A stretch of DNA of 43,882 nucleotides from Patescibacteria group bacterium (GCA_041659765.1 JBAZXR010000001.1:853338-897219); one strand, 5' to 3'; positions 7,808 through 17,071 are shown, counted from the stretch's first letter. Notes: generated by a model from the sequence alone, not told the origin. Numbers and translations are program-made.

Positions 7808-8737
7808 ATGCCCAAGAACATTCTGGCTAAATACATTAAGGAGTTTCTAGAATATCTTGAGATTGAGCGCGGGCGCTCGGAGAAAACCATTAAGAACTAC
7901 CGTTTTTATTTGTTGAGGTTTTCGGAATGGGCTGGTTCGCCGAATCCATTGGAGATTACGGGAGAGATGGTTAGAAAATACCGATTACACCTGAACCGCG
8001 ATATTGCCGGTCGCGAGGAAGCAAAGCTCCAGAAAAACACCCAGAACTATCATCTAATTGCGCTTCGATCATTTTTGAAATATCTCGCCAAGCGTGACGT
8101 GCAGAGCATGGCGCCGGAGAAGATCGAGCTGGCCAAGCAAGGGACTCGCCATGTGAGTTTCCTTGAGGCGGATGAGTTTGAGCGCTTCCGTAAGGGCCCG
8201 ACGAATGATCCAACGATTGTTGGCTATCGTGATAAAGCTTTGCTTGAGTTACTTTTTTCCACGGGCATGCGTGTGTCTGAGGCGTCGACGCTCAAGATCG
8301 ACAACATCAATTTGAAACGTGACGAGTTCACAGTGCTTGGTAAAGGCAAGAAACATCGGGTCGTCTATCTTTCGGAGGATGCTCGTCGGGCAGTAAAGAC
8401 ATATCTCGAACATCGCAAGGACACTTCTCCGTACCTCTTTGTCCGCCACGACCGAGCCCGTCACTCGATGCCAACTGCGCATCCTCTTACTCCCCGCTCC
8501 GTGCAACGCATCGTCGACAGATACGCACGCGAGGCCGGCATCACCAAACGCGTCACACCCCACACGCTGCGTCACACTTACGCCACGGACCTTTTGCGTA
8601 ACGGGGCGGACATCCGCGCAGTTCAGTCGTTACTTGGCCACGAGTCGATCACAACGACGCAGGTGTATACGCACATTACAGACAAAGAACTGGGGCGTGT
8701 ATATAAGGAGTTTCATGATAAGAAAAAGAAAAGTTAG
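7808..8737 (+). CDS. tyrosine recombinase, XerC/XerD family
   Basis: 309 aa with a C-terminal catalytic region HTLRHTYATDLLRNGADIRAVQSLLGHESITTTQVYTH. Confidence 0.9.
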   Translation: MPKNILAKYIKEFLEYLEIERGRSEKTIKNYRFYLLRFSEWAGSPNPLEITGEMVRKYRLHLNRDIAGREEAKLQKNTQNYHLIALRSFLKYLAKRDVQSMAPEKIELAKQGTRHVSFLEADEFERFRKGPTNDPTIVGYRDKALLELLFSTGMRVSEASTLKIDNINLKRDEFTVLGKGKKHRVVYLSEDARRAVKTYLEHRKDTSPYLFVRHDRARHSMPTAHPLTPRSVQRIVDRYAREAGITKRVTPHTLRHTYATDLLRNGADIRAVQSLLGHESITTTQVYTHITDKELGRVYKEFHDKKKKS

Positions 8738-8803
8738 TGCAGCATTTCGTCCTTTTCACCTGCTCGAGTGTGGTCATAAGCGTTGTATACTACAGGTTAC
8801 GCT

Positions 8804-9574
8804 ATGCGCAGTCATACCACCACCACACATTCATGGACGTACATCAGAATATTTTTTGGTCTGGTGGCCGCGTTACTGATCTCCCTGTTTATTCCCTACT
8901 TGGGCGATACGGAGCTTGATCAATATTTATATTCGAGTGCAGTTAATATCGGCATTCTTTATGCGATGGTTGTGGGATTTCTCATGATGATTGTCATTAA
9001 TCGTAAGCAGGCTCTCGACGGGCAGATTTCTCTTGAGTTAAACAAACTTCGGCGTATTTATCATTTGGGCAAGCACGTTTCTACGGGTAAAGAAGGCGGG
9101 GCAACATGGTTCAAAATTCTGGACAAGGCACTGACGGACTATCTCAAAGCCTTCGGTAAGCGTGATTTTTCCGAGTACGATGCCGGTAACGCGCTGCACC
9201 GAAAAATTACTTATGCTGTTTACGCCCTTCCGGATTATGTGCAGGATTATGTGTCGGAACTCTACACGTCACTCTTAGAGGCAACGGGCGAAGTAACCGA
9301 GGCTCGCGAACGGCTCCATTCGCTTAAGGATGCGTCGATTGGTAATTTTCAGTGGATCGTTACTATTTCCATGACACTTATTTTTGGTCTGCTCCTAGCT
9401 ATTGATTCCCCTCTGACTTTCCTCACGCGTTTCATCACCTTTGCTCTCCTGTTTAATTTGTCTCTCATGATCCAGCTTATTTACGAGTACGATCAAATGA
9501 ACGACAAAAAACGCCGGTTTTATTCTCAGCTCTACACGGACAATGTTAAATCGATGCGAACGATTGGGAAATAG
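8804..9574 (+). CDS. hypothetical integral membrane protein
   Basis: The ORF opens at 8783 and the second ATG at 8804 is equally possible. It has hydrophobic helices at both ends. Confidence 0.6.
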   Translation: MRSHTTTTHSWTYIRIFFGLVAALLISLFIPYLGDTELDQYLYSSAVNIGILYAMVVGFLMMIVINRKQALDGQISLELNKLRRIYHLGKHVSTGKEGGATWFKILDKALTDYLKAFGKRDFSEYDAGNALHRKITYAVYALPDYVQDYVSELYTSLLEATGEVTEARERLHSLKDASIGNFQWIVTISMTLIFGLLLAIDSPLTFLTRFITFALLFNLSLMIQLIYEYDQMNDKKRRFYSQLYTDNVKSMRTIGK

Positions 9575-9582
9575 ATCACAAA

Positions 9583-9616
9583 AGAAAAAAAACTTCCCAA
9601 ATGGGAAGTTTTTTCT
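9583..9616. terminator. bidirectional intrinsic terminator
   Basis: A8-AACTTCCC-AAAT-GGGAAGTT-T5, shared by the + strand membrane gene and the - strand tRNA pair. Confidence 0.75.
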
Positions 9617-9692
9617 TGGGGTGGCTAACGGGAATTGAACCCGTACTAGAGGTACCACAAACCTCTGTGATAACCATTTCACCATAGCCACC
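9617..9692 (-). tRNA. tRNA-His (anticodon GTG), G-1 and CCA encoded
   Basis: Hand-folded cloverleaf: G-1, acceptor GTGGCTA/TAGCCAC, anticodon arm GAGGT-TTGTGGT-ACCTC, T arm ACGGG-TTCAATT-CCCGT. Confidence 0.9.
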
Positions 9693-9773
9693 ATAGCGCG
9701 GGCGTTGCCCGCCAAACCAATACGTTCAATCGGCATCGACAATATCATTTGAAGAACGCGGTTGTCCATCTGT

Positions 9774-9848
9774 TGGTGTCCCGGGTTGGAATCGAACCAA
9801 CATCAAGGCCTTAGAAGAGCCCTGCTCTATCCATTGAGCTACCAGGAC
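9774..9848 (-). tRNA. tRNA-Arg (anticodon TCT), CCA encoded
   Basis: Acceptor GTCCTGG/CCGGGAC, D arm GCTC-AATGGATA-GAGC, anticodon loop CTTCTAA, T arm GTTGG-TTCGATT-CCAAC. Confidence 0.88.
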
Positions 9849-9871
9849 ATCAAAAGTGCATAACCCGAGAA

Positions 9872-9900
9872 ACAATAGCAGATATTGGCGAGAAAATCAA
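9872..9900 (-). promoter_or_regulatory. sigma70-type promoter for the tRNA-Arg/tRNA-His pair
   Basis: Minus strand TTGATT-17 nt-TATTGT, ending about 24 nt upstream of the tRNA 5' end. Confidence 0.55.
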
Positions 9901-9909
9901 GTTTTTGGG

Positions 9910-9936
9910 TTGACAGATGTTGATTGTTCGTATAAT
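9910..9936 (+). promoter_or_regulatory. promoter with perfect TTGACA and TATAAT hexamers (15-nt spacer)
   Basis: TTGACA at 9910-9915 and TATAAT at 9931-9936. It is followed by a perfect 12-nt palindrome ATCCTGCAGGAT at 9952-9963 in the leader. Confidence 0.55.
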
Positions 9937-10002
9937 GTTCGTTGTCCCTGTATCCTGCAGGATGTTGCCTTCCATCTTCAGACTTCCCCAGAGGTAGCCC
10001 CC

Positions 10003-10992
10003 ATGAGTGACTTGGATCAGGAAACAGACATGGATGAACTCCGCGGTGGTCCTAAAGGAATTCGTGCAATGATGGATCGAACTGTGAATGGACGCCCATT
10101 CATCACGCGTCACAATCTGTCGGCCCTGGGAGTTAGGGAGCCGTTTGGGACGCGTTTGACGCTTCGCGTGGTCACCACTAGGACCACGGACTCTCGTAAA
10201 GATGAGTTTGCGGAGATCTTCAAGGTAGGGTATTTCCATGTGGACGGCTTGCATCATCTGCTCTTCATGTACGATTGGAACATTCCCGATCCCGTGATGA
10301 AGGAGGTGATCGCTCCCCTGTTCATGGAACTGTTCGACTATGCCGATGGAGATCTTCTCACATCGGCACTCCTTGAGATCATTTCTACGACCGAGCGGAT
10401 CAAGAAGACGGAATCCGTGCTGACCTGGATTCAGCGGTATTGGTCAGGCACCGAGCCGAAGCCGGAAGCCGAAGATGGTCAGACGGACGAAGTGTCACTC
10501 ATCATTTCGCTCCTGACGCTCGAAGAACGTGCGGGCAAGCCACCGAAGTGGAGGCTTCGCCAGGCGACGAAAGTGATTGATGATTTCCATGTGTCTCCGA
10601 AAGGACGCTTGGCGGTCTTGAGTGCCGAGCAGGCGTTTGAGGTCAATCCGCGGGCGTTTGTCCGAGCCATCAAAGGCGCCGGCGCACGTGATGAAGACTT
10701 TATGGCAGCCAAACGCCTGGGCGTGAAGGTGGGGCCGAACGCGGTACTTTCACGCTACACGCCTGACGACTTCCAGTTCAACATTCCGGTGTATGACAAC
10801 GGTGCGCTTACCGTCTATCACCCGGATACGGGCAAGGTGCTTTTCACTCGGCCGTCGGACAGGTTCATCATGACCGCGGCGGATGGTACGGGGAGTTTGA
10901 TCGCCCTTGAGCGCACGCAGCATGGCCGGCGCAAGGTCGCCCCTGCTCGCGCACATCCCGGACAGGAGACGCTTCCGCTTCACGCACACTAG
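10003..10992 (+). CDS. hypothetical protein (329 aa), GC-rich orphan
   Basis: In-frame ATG at 10003 preceded by GAGGTA. The 9856 start in the ORF track would overlap the promoter. No motif recognised. Confidence 0.6.
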   Translation: MSDLDQETDMDELRGGPKGIRAMMDRTVNGRPFITRHNLSALGVREPFGTRLTLRVVTTRTTDSRKDEFAEIFKVGYFHVDGLHHLLFMYDWNIPDPVMKEVIAPLFMELFDYADGDLLTSALLEIISTTERIKKTESVLTWIQRYWSGTEPKPEAEDGQTDEVSLIISLLTLEERAGKPPKWRLRQATKVIDDFHVSPKGRLAVLSAEQAFEVNPRAFVRAIKGAGARDEDFMAAKRLGVKVGPNAVLSRYTPDDFQFNIPVYDNGALTVYHPDTGKVLFTRPSDRFIMTAADGTGSLIALERTQHGRRKVAPARAHPGQETLPLHAH

Positions 10993-11010
10993 AGCTTGCA
11001 AGAGCTGCTC

Positions 11011-11045
11011 GCGCCTTGACCCCACGTGGTCAGGGCGCTGTTTTA
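11011..11045 (+). terminator. intrinsic terminator
   Basis: GCGCCTTGACC-CCACGT-GGTCAGGGCGC followed by TGTTTTATTT. Confidence 0.7.
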
Positions 11046-12293
11046 TTTGATGAAGTCGCAGATGATGTACCAGGCGTACTTCCCAAGTTTTTCGAAGTGA
11101 CGTGGCTTCAGGACGGTCCAAGCCAGTGAGCGATGCTTATCTTTGCTGTCGCAAAATTGTTCCAGGAATGTTTCATGCTCGGAGGCGATGATGTCATACA
11201 TGGCGCGGAAGCTGCGGTCTGTTTTCATGAGATCCCAAATCATCCGGTAGCCCATTTGGCGATAATAATATTTCATAATGCCGCCGTGTTCGTTCATCCA
11301 TTTTCGAAGTTTCTTTGTCACTTCGGTTCTGCCGTCGAGATAATGATGAATGACGCGCGCGGCTTCCTTGCCGGAAATGACAGAACCCTTAATGCCGTCA
11401 GCGGCGAATGCGCCACAAAAACCTGCAGCATCGCCAATCAACAAAATATTTCCGTCCGCGATCTTCATTCGGGGGCCACCGATCGGAATGTGCGAGCCAA
11501 AGACGTAGCCGGGAGCAGTGATCTCGCCTTCGACTCTAATATGGCCGAGCTCGACCAGCTTTCGCATGAAAGATTCCATGAGATTCTTCGCCTCCCCTCT
11601 ATCTTTCATTAGTTTGGCGAGGCCGATACGGAATGCTTTGCGTCCATCGACAACCGTAGGCGACAACCAACCGCCGTAGCCGAGCGAAAACTCGCCGAAC
11701 CAATAGTGGAAGATCGTCTCTTCGGGTTTGGGACCGAGGAGAACGTCGCCAAAGAACACTTGTTCGTAGCCAAAGAGGAACTTGCTGTTCTGGCTGAGCG
11801 CTGGGTTCGTCGACGCGACTTTCGAGTGACCTCCGTCGGCACCAACGAGGAACTTGATGCTGATCGCTTCTGGCTCTTGGCCGAGCGTGCGAATCGTGGC
11901 CTCGGTCGGATTATTTGGTTTGTTGGTGGCGAGGAAGACGGTCGAGGTCTTCAGCGATACGTTCGCCGGTAGCGTTTCGGCTAGGGCGGCGACGAGTCCT
12001 TTTGTATCAGTTTGATAAATCCAAGGTTCTTTAACAGTTGAGATGAAATAGTCGGCAAAGCCCGGCGCAATCACTCCGATGGCGCTGATCGGGTTTGTAA
12101 TATAGCGATCAATTGGAAAAAACGAGGAAAACTCGGCGAGAGTCTTAGAAGTGATGAGGCCTGTCGACTCAACGGTGCTTCCGGCGGACGGTTTTGCGTC
12201 TACTACGAGTACTTTTAAGTGTTTTGGAAGATGATGCGCCAGGGTTAGCCCAGAAAAGCTTGCACCCACTATCAATACATCGAAGTTTTCCAT
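11043..12293 (-). CDS. FAD-dependent oxidoreductase, geranylgeranyl-reductase-like
   Basis: N-terminal dinucleotide-binding motif DVLIVGASFSGLTLA, plus LIGDAAGF further on. Confidence 0.75.
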   Translation of the reverse strand: MENFDVLIVGASFSGLTLAHHLPKHLKVLVVDAKPSAGSTVESTGLITSKTLAEFSSFFPIDRYITNPISAIGVIAPGFADYFISTVKEPWIYQTDTKGLVAALAETLPANVSLKTSTVFLATNKPNNPTEATIRTLGQEPEAISIKFLVGADGGHSKVASTNPALSQNSKFLFGYEQVFFGDVLLGPKPEETIFHYWFGEFSLGYGGWLSPTVVDGRKAFRIGLAKLMKDRGEAKNLMESFMRKLVELGHIRVEGEITAPGYVFGSHIPIGGPRMKIADGNILLIGDAAGFCGAFAADGIKGSVISGKEAARVIHHYLDGRTEVTKKLRKWMNEHGGIMKYYYRQMGYRMIWDLMKTDRSFRAMYDIIASEHETFLEQFCDSKDKHRSLAWTVLKPRHFEKLGKYAWYIICDFIK

Positions 12294-12328
12294 AGATTCG
12301 CGTATGATGTTCTCGAACTACACCCCTT

Positions 12329-14959
12329 ATGTCAACCGAGAAAAAAGTATTTTTAGTGCTTGATGGCAACGCGCTTTTGCACCGCGCCTGGCATGCTATT
12401 CCCCCGCTCACTACCGCCGATGGTCGAGTAGTGAATGCTGCCTACGGCTTTACGAACGTCATCGAGAAAATGCTGTCGACCTTTCACCCGGACTCGATGG
12501 TCGTCGCTTGGGATTTGCCTGGTGGTACGTTTCGGAACGAAGATTACGCACCCTACAAGGCACACCGTGAGAAGAAAGCTGATGAACTTTATGCGCAAAT
12601 TCCTATTATACAGGAGATTTTGCGCGCGTACGGTATTCCATCACTCGATGCGAAGGGATTTGAAGCTGACGATATCATCGGCACCATTGCAACCATGAAT
12701 GAGACTGGCGGAGACTTTGAGACTTTGATTGTAACGGGTGATCTCGATTCCCTTCAGCTTGTTTCGCCGAATACGAAGGTCGTTTTCTTTGTGAAGGGGC
12801 TGTCCGAGGTGAAGATTTACGACGAGAAAGCAGTCGAGGAACGCTACGGATTGCCGCCGAGTGGACTGATTGACCTGAAGACGCTCATCGGCGACACGTC
12901 TGACAACTTGCCGGGCATTGTTGGTATTGGCGAGAAGGGCGCGGCCGAATTATTGAAGGCATATGGCTCGGTGAACGGTATCCTTGAGGCGATGAAGACC
13001 GAGTCGCTTCCAGAGAAATATGTAAGAAAATTCAAAGGCCAGGAAAAGACGGTGGAACTCATGCGCAGGCTGGTGACGGTTGTTCGAGACGTACCACTTA
13101 AGAATTTTTCATATGAATCGGCTAAGCGAACGCCGATTGATCCTGCGAAATTGTTGCCCATGTTCCGTGATTTGGAATTTCGCACGTTGATTAAGAAATA
13201 TGAATCTCGAGAAGGCGGGGTTATCAACCCCGCACCGGATGAAAGACCGAAAAAATCAACAAAGAAATCCGCATTAACGAAATTTGTTGGCAGCATGTTT
13301 GAATTGAACCCGAAACAGATAGGGATTTTATTAGAGGAGAAGCAACAGGATCTGTTTGGCGAGTCTGTGGGAGCGATAATCCTGACGGACGGTTCTTTGT
13401 TTTGGAAGGTTGCTTCGACGAATATTGCCGAACTACGGCACGTGGTCGAGGTTCTTTCCAAGACAGACCTCGTCGTTGGACATGACTTGAAGGCTATTTA
13501 TCATGTGTTTGCGAAGCATGACGTCGAGGTTCTTGAGCCGCTGCGCCAGAAGACGATCTTCGATACGATGGTTGGCGCGTATCTGTTGGCGCCAGGTGGC
13601 CGTGAGTTAGCATTCATAGAGGTTCTGAATGAAAATCTCGGACTTCAGCTTGAAGAAACGGCGACTATCGACGAAATCGCCCCGCACTTGTTCGCGCTCA
13701 AGGAGAAGATTGAGAAGAAACTGGCCGAAGAGAAGATGACGAAGCTTTTTGAAGAGATTGAGATGCCCTTGATTCCTGTTCTGTTCAAAATGGAGCTCGA
13801 CGGCATTTTGGTCGACAAGGAAATGCTGACCTCGCTCGCCGATCAATTCGAGAAGACCATTGATAAGCTGACGAAGAAGATTCACAAACTTGCGGGCAAA
13901 GAATTTAACGTGAACTCCCCTTCTCAGCTGGCCGAGATTCTTTTCGTCGATCTCGGACTCCCGACAAAGGGCATCAAGAAAACTAAGACCGGTTACTCGA
14001 CGGCCGCACAGGAGCTTGAGAAACTTGAAGACGAGCACGAGATTGTCCCTCTAATGTCTGAATATCGTGAGATCGCAAAGCTGAAGTCGACTTACGCTGA
14101 TTCCTTGCCAACACTGATTGCGAAGGATGGCAGAATCCACACCACGTATAACCAAACGGTTGCGGCCACGGGTCGATTGAGCTCGGTGAACCCAAACATG
14201 CAGAACATTCCGATCCGCTCAGAGCTTGGCCGTGAGATTCGCAAGGCATTCATTGCACCGAGTGGTTTCGAGCTTCTCTCCGCCGACTATTCGCAGATCG
14301 AGCTTCGACTTGCAGCCGTGCTATCGCAGGACGAACCATTCCTCAAGGCGTTTAAGGAAGGCGCGGACATTCACCGCCGTACTGCGGCCGACATTCTCGG
14401 TATCGAGGAAGACAAAGTGACTAAAGAACAACGCGAGGCTGCGAAGGCAACGAACTTCTCGATTCTCTACGGAGTTGGCGCGCGAGCTTTATCGAGGCGT
14501 ATCGGCATGAGCTATGAGGAAGCAAGGGATTTTATTGAACGCTACTTTGCCGTGCATCCTGGTATCGCAGCTTTTATCGATGCGTCGAAAGTGAAGGCGA
14601 GAGTCGACGGCTATGTAGAAACGATGTTCGGCCGCCGCAGATATTTGCCCGACATTCAATCAGGAATGCCCCAGCTCGTCGCGGCCTCCGAAAGAATGGC
14701 GATGAACATGCCGGTGCAAGGTTCAAACGCCGACATCATCAAAATGGCCATGATCAAAATGGACGAATGGATCCGTAAGTCGGGACTGCGGGTGAAGATG
14801 TTGCTGCAAGTTCACGATGAACTCGTTTTCGAGGTTCACGCGAGCGACATTGAACAGGCCACCAAAGAAATTCCCAAAATTATGTCGGGCGTGGTCAATC
14901 TGGAGATTCCACTGATCGTTGATACGGGAATCGGAAAGAGATGGGGGGAGATCGAGTAA
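12329..14959 (+). CDS. polA: DNA polymerase I
   Basis: 876 aa with a 5' nuclease domain, then polymerase motifs LSADYSQIELR, RRTAKATNFSILYG and QVHDELVFE. Confidence 0.95.
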   Translation: MSTEKKVFLVLDGNALLHRAWHAIPPLTTADGRVVNAAYGFTNVIEKMLSTFHPDSMVVAWDLPGGTFRNEDYAPYKAHREKKADELYAQIPIIQEILRAYGIPSLDAKGFEADDIIGTIATMNETGGDFETLIVTGDLDSLQLVSPNTKVVFFVKGLSEVKIYDEKAVEERYGLPPSGLIDLKTLIGDTSDNLPGIVGIGEKGAAELLKAYGSVNGILEAMKTESLPEKYVRKFKGQEKTVELMRRLVTVVRDVPLKNFSYESAKRTPIDPAKLLPMFRDLEFRTLIKKYESREGGVINPAPDERPKKSTKKSALTKFVGSMFELNPKQIGILLEEKQQDLFGESVGAIILTDGSLFWKVASTNIAELRHVVEVLSKTDLVVGHDLKAIYHVFAKHDVEVLEPLRQKTIFDTMVGAYLLAPGGRELAFIEVLNENLGLQLEETATIDEIAPHLFALKEKIEKKLAEEKMTKLFEEIEMPLIPVLFKMELDGILVDKEMLTSLADQFEKTIDKLTKKIHKLAGKEFNVNSPSQLAEILFVDLGLPTKGIKKTKTGYSTAAQELEKLEDEHEIVPLMSEYREIAKLKSTYADSLPTLIAKDGRIHTTYNQTVAATGRLSSVNPNMQNIPIRSELGREIRKAFIAPSGFELLSADYSQIELRLAAVLSQDEPFLKAFKEGADIHRRTAADILGIEEDKVTKEQREAAKATNFSILYGVGARALSRRIGMSYEEARDFIERYFAVHPGIAAFIDASKVKARVDGYVETMFGRRRYLPDIQSGMPQLVAASERMAMNMPVQGSNADIIKMAMIKMDEWIRKSGLRVKMLLQVHDELVFEVHASDIEQATKEIPKIMSGVVNLEIPLIVDTGIGKRWGEIE
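13211..13242. repeat. 32-nt hairpin repeat inside polA (copy 1 of 3)
   Basis: GAAGGCGGGGTTATCAACCCCGCACCGGATGA is identical to 38925-38956. It has an 8-bp perfect stem GCGGGGTT/AACCCCGC with loop ATC, and is read as EGGVINPAPDE. Confidence 0.9.
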
Positions 14960-14983
14960 TTTAAAAGCGAACCGCAAATAACA

Positions 14984-15009
14984 ACGCCCGGGCTTTTGGC
15001 CACGGGCGT
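14984..15009. terminator. hairpin between convergent polA and 15017-15610
   Basis: ACGCCCG-12 nt-CGGGCGT. The U-runs are weak on both strands. Confidence 0.4.
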
Positions 15010-15016
15010 ACGTGTG

Positions 15017-15610
15017 TCAGTTGTCACCCTTGATATCCTTCTTTTGCCCGAGCATCTCTTCGGCATATTCCCACGTCACTGCGGCAATGAGCTGACGGAG
15101 ATCTCGTTCGTCATGGACGGGCTGCGCGTCTTTCGCTTCACTCTTGAACTCGAAGAGCACGGTATCCATGACGTTTTTCAAGATGGCATCAAGTGCTGCC
15201 TTCTCTTGTTCGTCGGTGAGGAATATTTGTTGCGAAGCACAGACGGCAGCAATCGATCCTTGGATCCACGGGGGGAGCCTATCGAGCTCAAGCTGAGTCG
15301 TGAGCACGGCGTGGCAGACGGCACGAGATTCAGGGCTCAGCGTGATACCGTAGTCCTTCAGATTGTCCGTTTCCACCACGACCCACAAGTTCAGAAGCCC
15401 CCCGAAGGTGAATTCTGTCTCTGGTAGCTCTCGTACTCCCGAGGACCTCAGCTCCTTGAAGTTGAGCTTTACCACCTCCATGTTCGCGCTCATCACAGAG
15501 AGAAGCTCAGAGAGTTCCGTTTTCCGCATCCCGTGTTCCAGGAGCGTTTTCATTGCATCCCGCAACGCGTTCTTGTTGTTGAGGGCCTCGGTGAATTGCT
15601 CTTGAAACAT
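15017..15610 (-). CDS. hypothetical protein (197 aa)
   Basis: ATG at 15610 has GGAGG 5 nt upstream. The longer track ORF (to 16003) would overlap holA. Confidence 0.55.
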   Translation of the reverse strand: MFQEQFTEALNNKNALRDAMKTLLEHGMRKTELSELLSVMSANMEVVKLNFKELRSSGVRELPETEFTFGGLLNLWVVVETDNLKDYGITLSPESRAVCHAVLTTQLELDRLPPWIQGSIAAVCASQQIFLTDEQEKAALDAILKNVMDTVLFEFKSEAKDAQPVHDERDLRQLIAAVTWEYAEEMLGQKKDIKGDN

Positions 15611-15675
15611 GGAACCTCCGCGCAAGAGCTTAATCGCCTTTTCATTCCTGGTCAAACGTGTTTTTATACCGGTAT

Positions 15676-16647
15676 ATGTTGTTATTCGTTTACGGCGACG
15701 ATCATTTGCGCGTGAAAGAACGCTCGGATGATTTGAAAAAGAAATTTCTTGAAAAGTATGACCCCACCGGAATGAATGTGGACGAGTTTGTGATCGGGGC
15801 GAAGTCTGACCTTGAACCCGGAAAGATTTTGCAGGCTGTTCAAGCATCGCCATTTCTCTCTGAGAAACGGCTGGTGATAATTCGAGGTCTGGTCGAGTCC
15901 GTGACCAAGGCGGAATCGAAACCTTGGATTGCGGGATTTGAGCGAGCGCCTGAATCGAGTGTCGTAATTTTTGCGGACGATCTTTCCGTTGAGGACTTCG
16001 CAAAGAAAGAACTCGGAAAAACGTTGTCGACGCTGCCGAACGTCCACACCTATCCCCTGCCGCGGCTGGTCGGCGCTGAACTTGTTGCTTGGGCGCGTGA
16101 GCGCGTGGTCAAGCTCGGTCTCGTGATGACGCCGTCAGTGCTCGATGAGGTACTTCGACGAACAAAAGATGATGCATGGCGCACCGGGGGCGAGCTCGAA
16201 AAACTTTCGGCGTATGCTCGAAAAGAACCGGTGACCATGGAGATGATCGATTTACTGGTGCGCACAGATTATGAAGCAGATATTTTTGGCTTCATGGATG
16301 CGCTTGCCTCGCCCACTCCGCGCAAGGCTCTCGAAAAACTGTATAGCGAACGAAAAGCCGGGGGAGATGAATTTGCGCTCTTTGGCATGCTGTTGCGACA
16401 GATTCGACTGCTCGTGCAGGCCCGCTCAGTCCTAGACGACAACCCCCGGGCTCAAAAACAAGACGTGGCTTCCCTTCTGGCTGTTCATCCATTTGTAGCC
16501 CAAAAACTGCTGTCCGAGGTTCGTGCTTGGACTTCGACCGATCTCGCCCACACCCACGAACTCGCCCAAAAGCTAGACCTGGCCATGAAAAGCGGGATTA
16601 AACCGTCTATTTCGGTTGATCGGCTAGTCAGCGAGTGGTTACTTTAG
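15676..16647 (+). CDS. holA: DNA polymerase III delta subunit
   Basis: The N-terminus MLLFVYGDDHLRVKE and the overall length fit HolA. The ORF opens at 15658. Confidence 0.8.
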   Translation: MLLFVYGDDHLRVKERSDDLKKKFLEKYDPTGMNVDEFVIGAKSDLEPGKILQAVQASPFLSEKRLVIIRGLVESVTKAESKPWIAGFERAPESSVVIFADDLSVEDFAKKELGKTLSTLPNVHTYPLPRLVGAELVAWARERVVKLGLVMTPSVLDEVLRRTKDDAWRTGGELEKLSAYARKEPVTMEMIDLLVRTDYEADIFGFMDALASPTPRKALEKLYSERKAGGDEFALFGMLLRQIRLLVQARSVLDDNPRAQKQDVASLLAVHPFVAQKLLSEVRAWTSTDLAHTHELAQKLDLAMKSGIKPSISVDRLVSEWLL

Positions 16648-16649
16648 GC

Positions 16650-16678
16650 TTGACTGTCCCACCCTTTTCCTCTATAGT
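16650..16678 (+). promoter_or_regulatory. sigma70-type promoter upstream of rpsT
   Basis: TTGACT (16650-16655), 17 nt, TATAGT (16673-16678). A leader of about 85 nt follows. Confidence 0.65.
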
Positions 16679-16768
16679 TTTCCCACTTAATTGAGGTCTG
16701 GCTTTCGCTGGACTGACTACGGCGCCAATGTGCCGTAAGGGGCTAGCTAAGCTGGCTCTCGACTACCT

Positions 16769-17035
16769 ATGCCAATTTTGAAAAATGCAGAGAAGGCCCT
16801 CCGTAAGAGCAAGGTGCGCGGTGAACGCAATGCTGACGCTAAGTCCAAGATCGCTTACATGCGCCGAAACCTGCGCAAGTTGATTGAGGCCAAGAAGTTC
16901 ACGGAAGCTGATGAAGTGATGAAGGGTCTGGTCCAGTCTTTGGACAAGGCCGTCACTCAGAACCTCATGAAGCGCAACACTGTTGACCGCATCAAGAGCC
17001 GAGCCATGCTTGGACTCGCGAAAGCACGAAAGTAA
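16769..17035 (+). CDS. rpsT: 30S ribosomal protein S20
   Basis: 88 aa, MPILKNAEKALRKSKVRGERN. Confidence 0.93.
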   Translation: MPILKNAEKALRKSKVRGERNADAKSKIAYMRRNLRKLIEAKKFTEADEVMKGLVQSLDKAVTQNLMKRNTVDRIKSRAMLGLAKARK

Positions 17036-17071
17036 TTAGTCCACGCACTCGCACGTTCGACAAATCAAAAA

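Noticed and set aside
7808-8737. Tyrosine recombinase as the integrase of an integrative element covering the nearby GC-rich small genes.
   Set aside because: The sequence looks like a housekeeping XerC/D (full-length, with typical N-terminal SAM-like domain). I found no direct repeats or att-like duplication. It remains an open possibility and is mentioned only in the small-ORF finding.
9856-10002. Upstream 49 codons of the 9856-10992 ORF.
   Set aside because: The segment contains the TTGACA/TATAAT promoter and the leader palindrome. An RBS-preceded in-frame ATG lies at 10003.
15611-16003. N-terminal extension of the 15017-16003 minus ORF (328 aa).
   Set aside because: It overlaps the well-supported holA gene by about 350 nt. 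An internal ATG at 15610 has a GGAGG RBS, so the gene was trimmed to 15017-15610.
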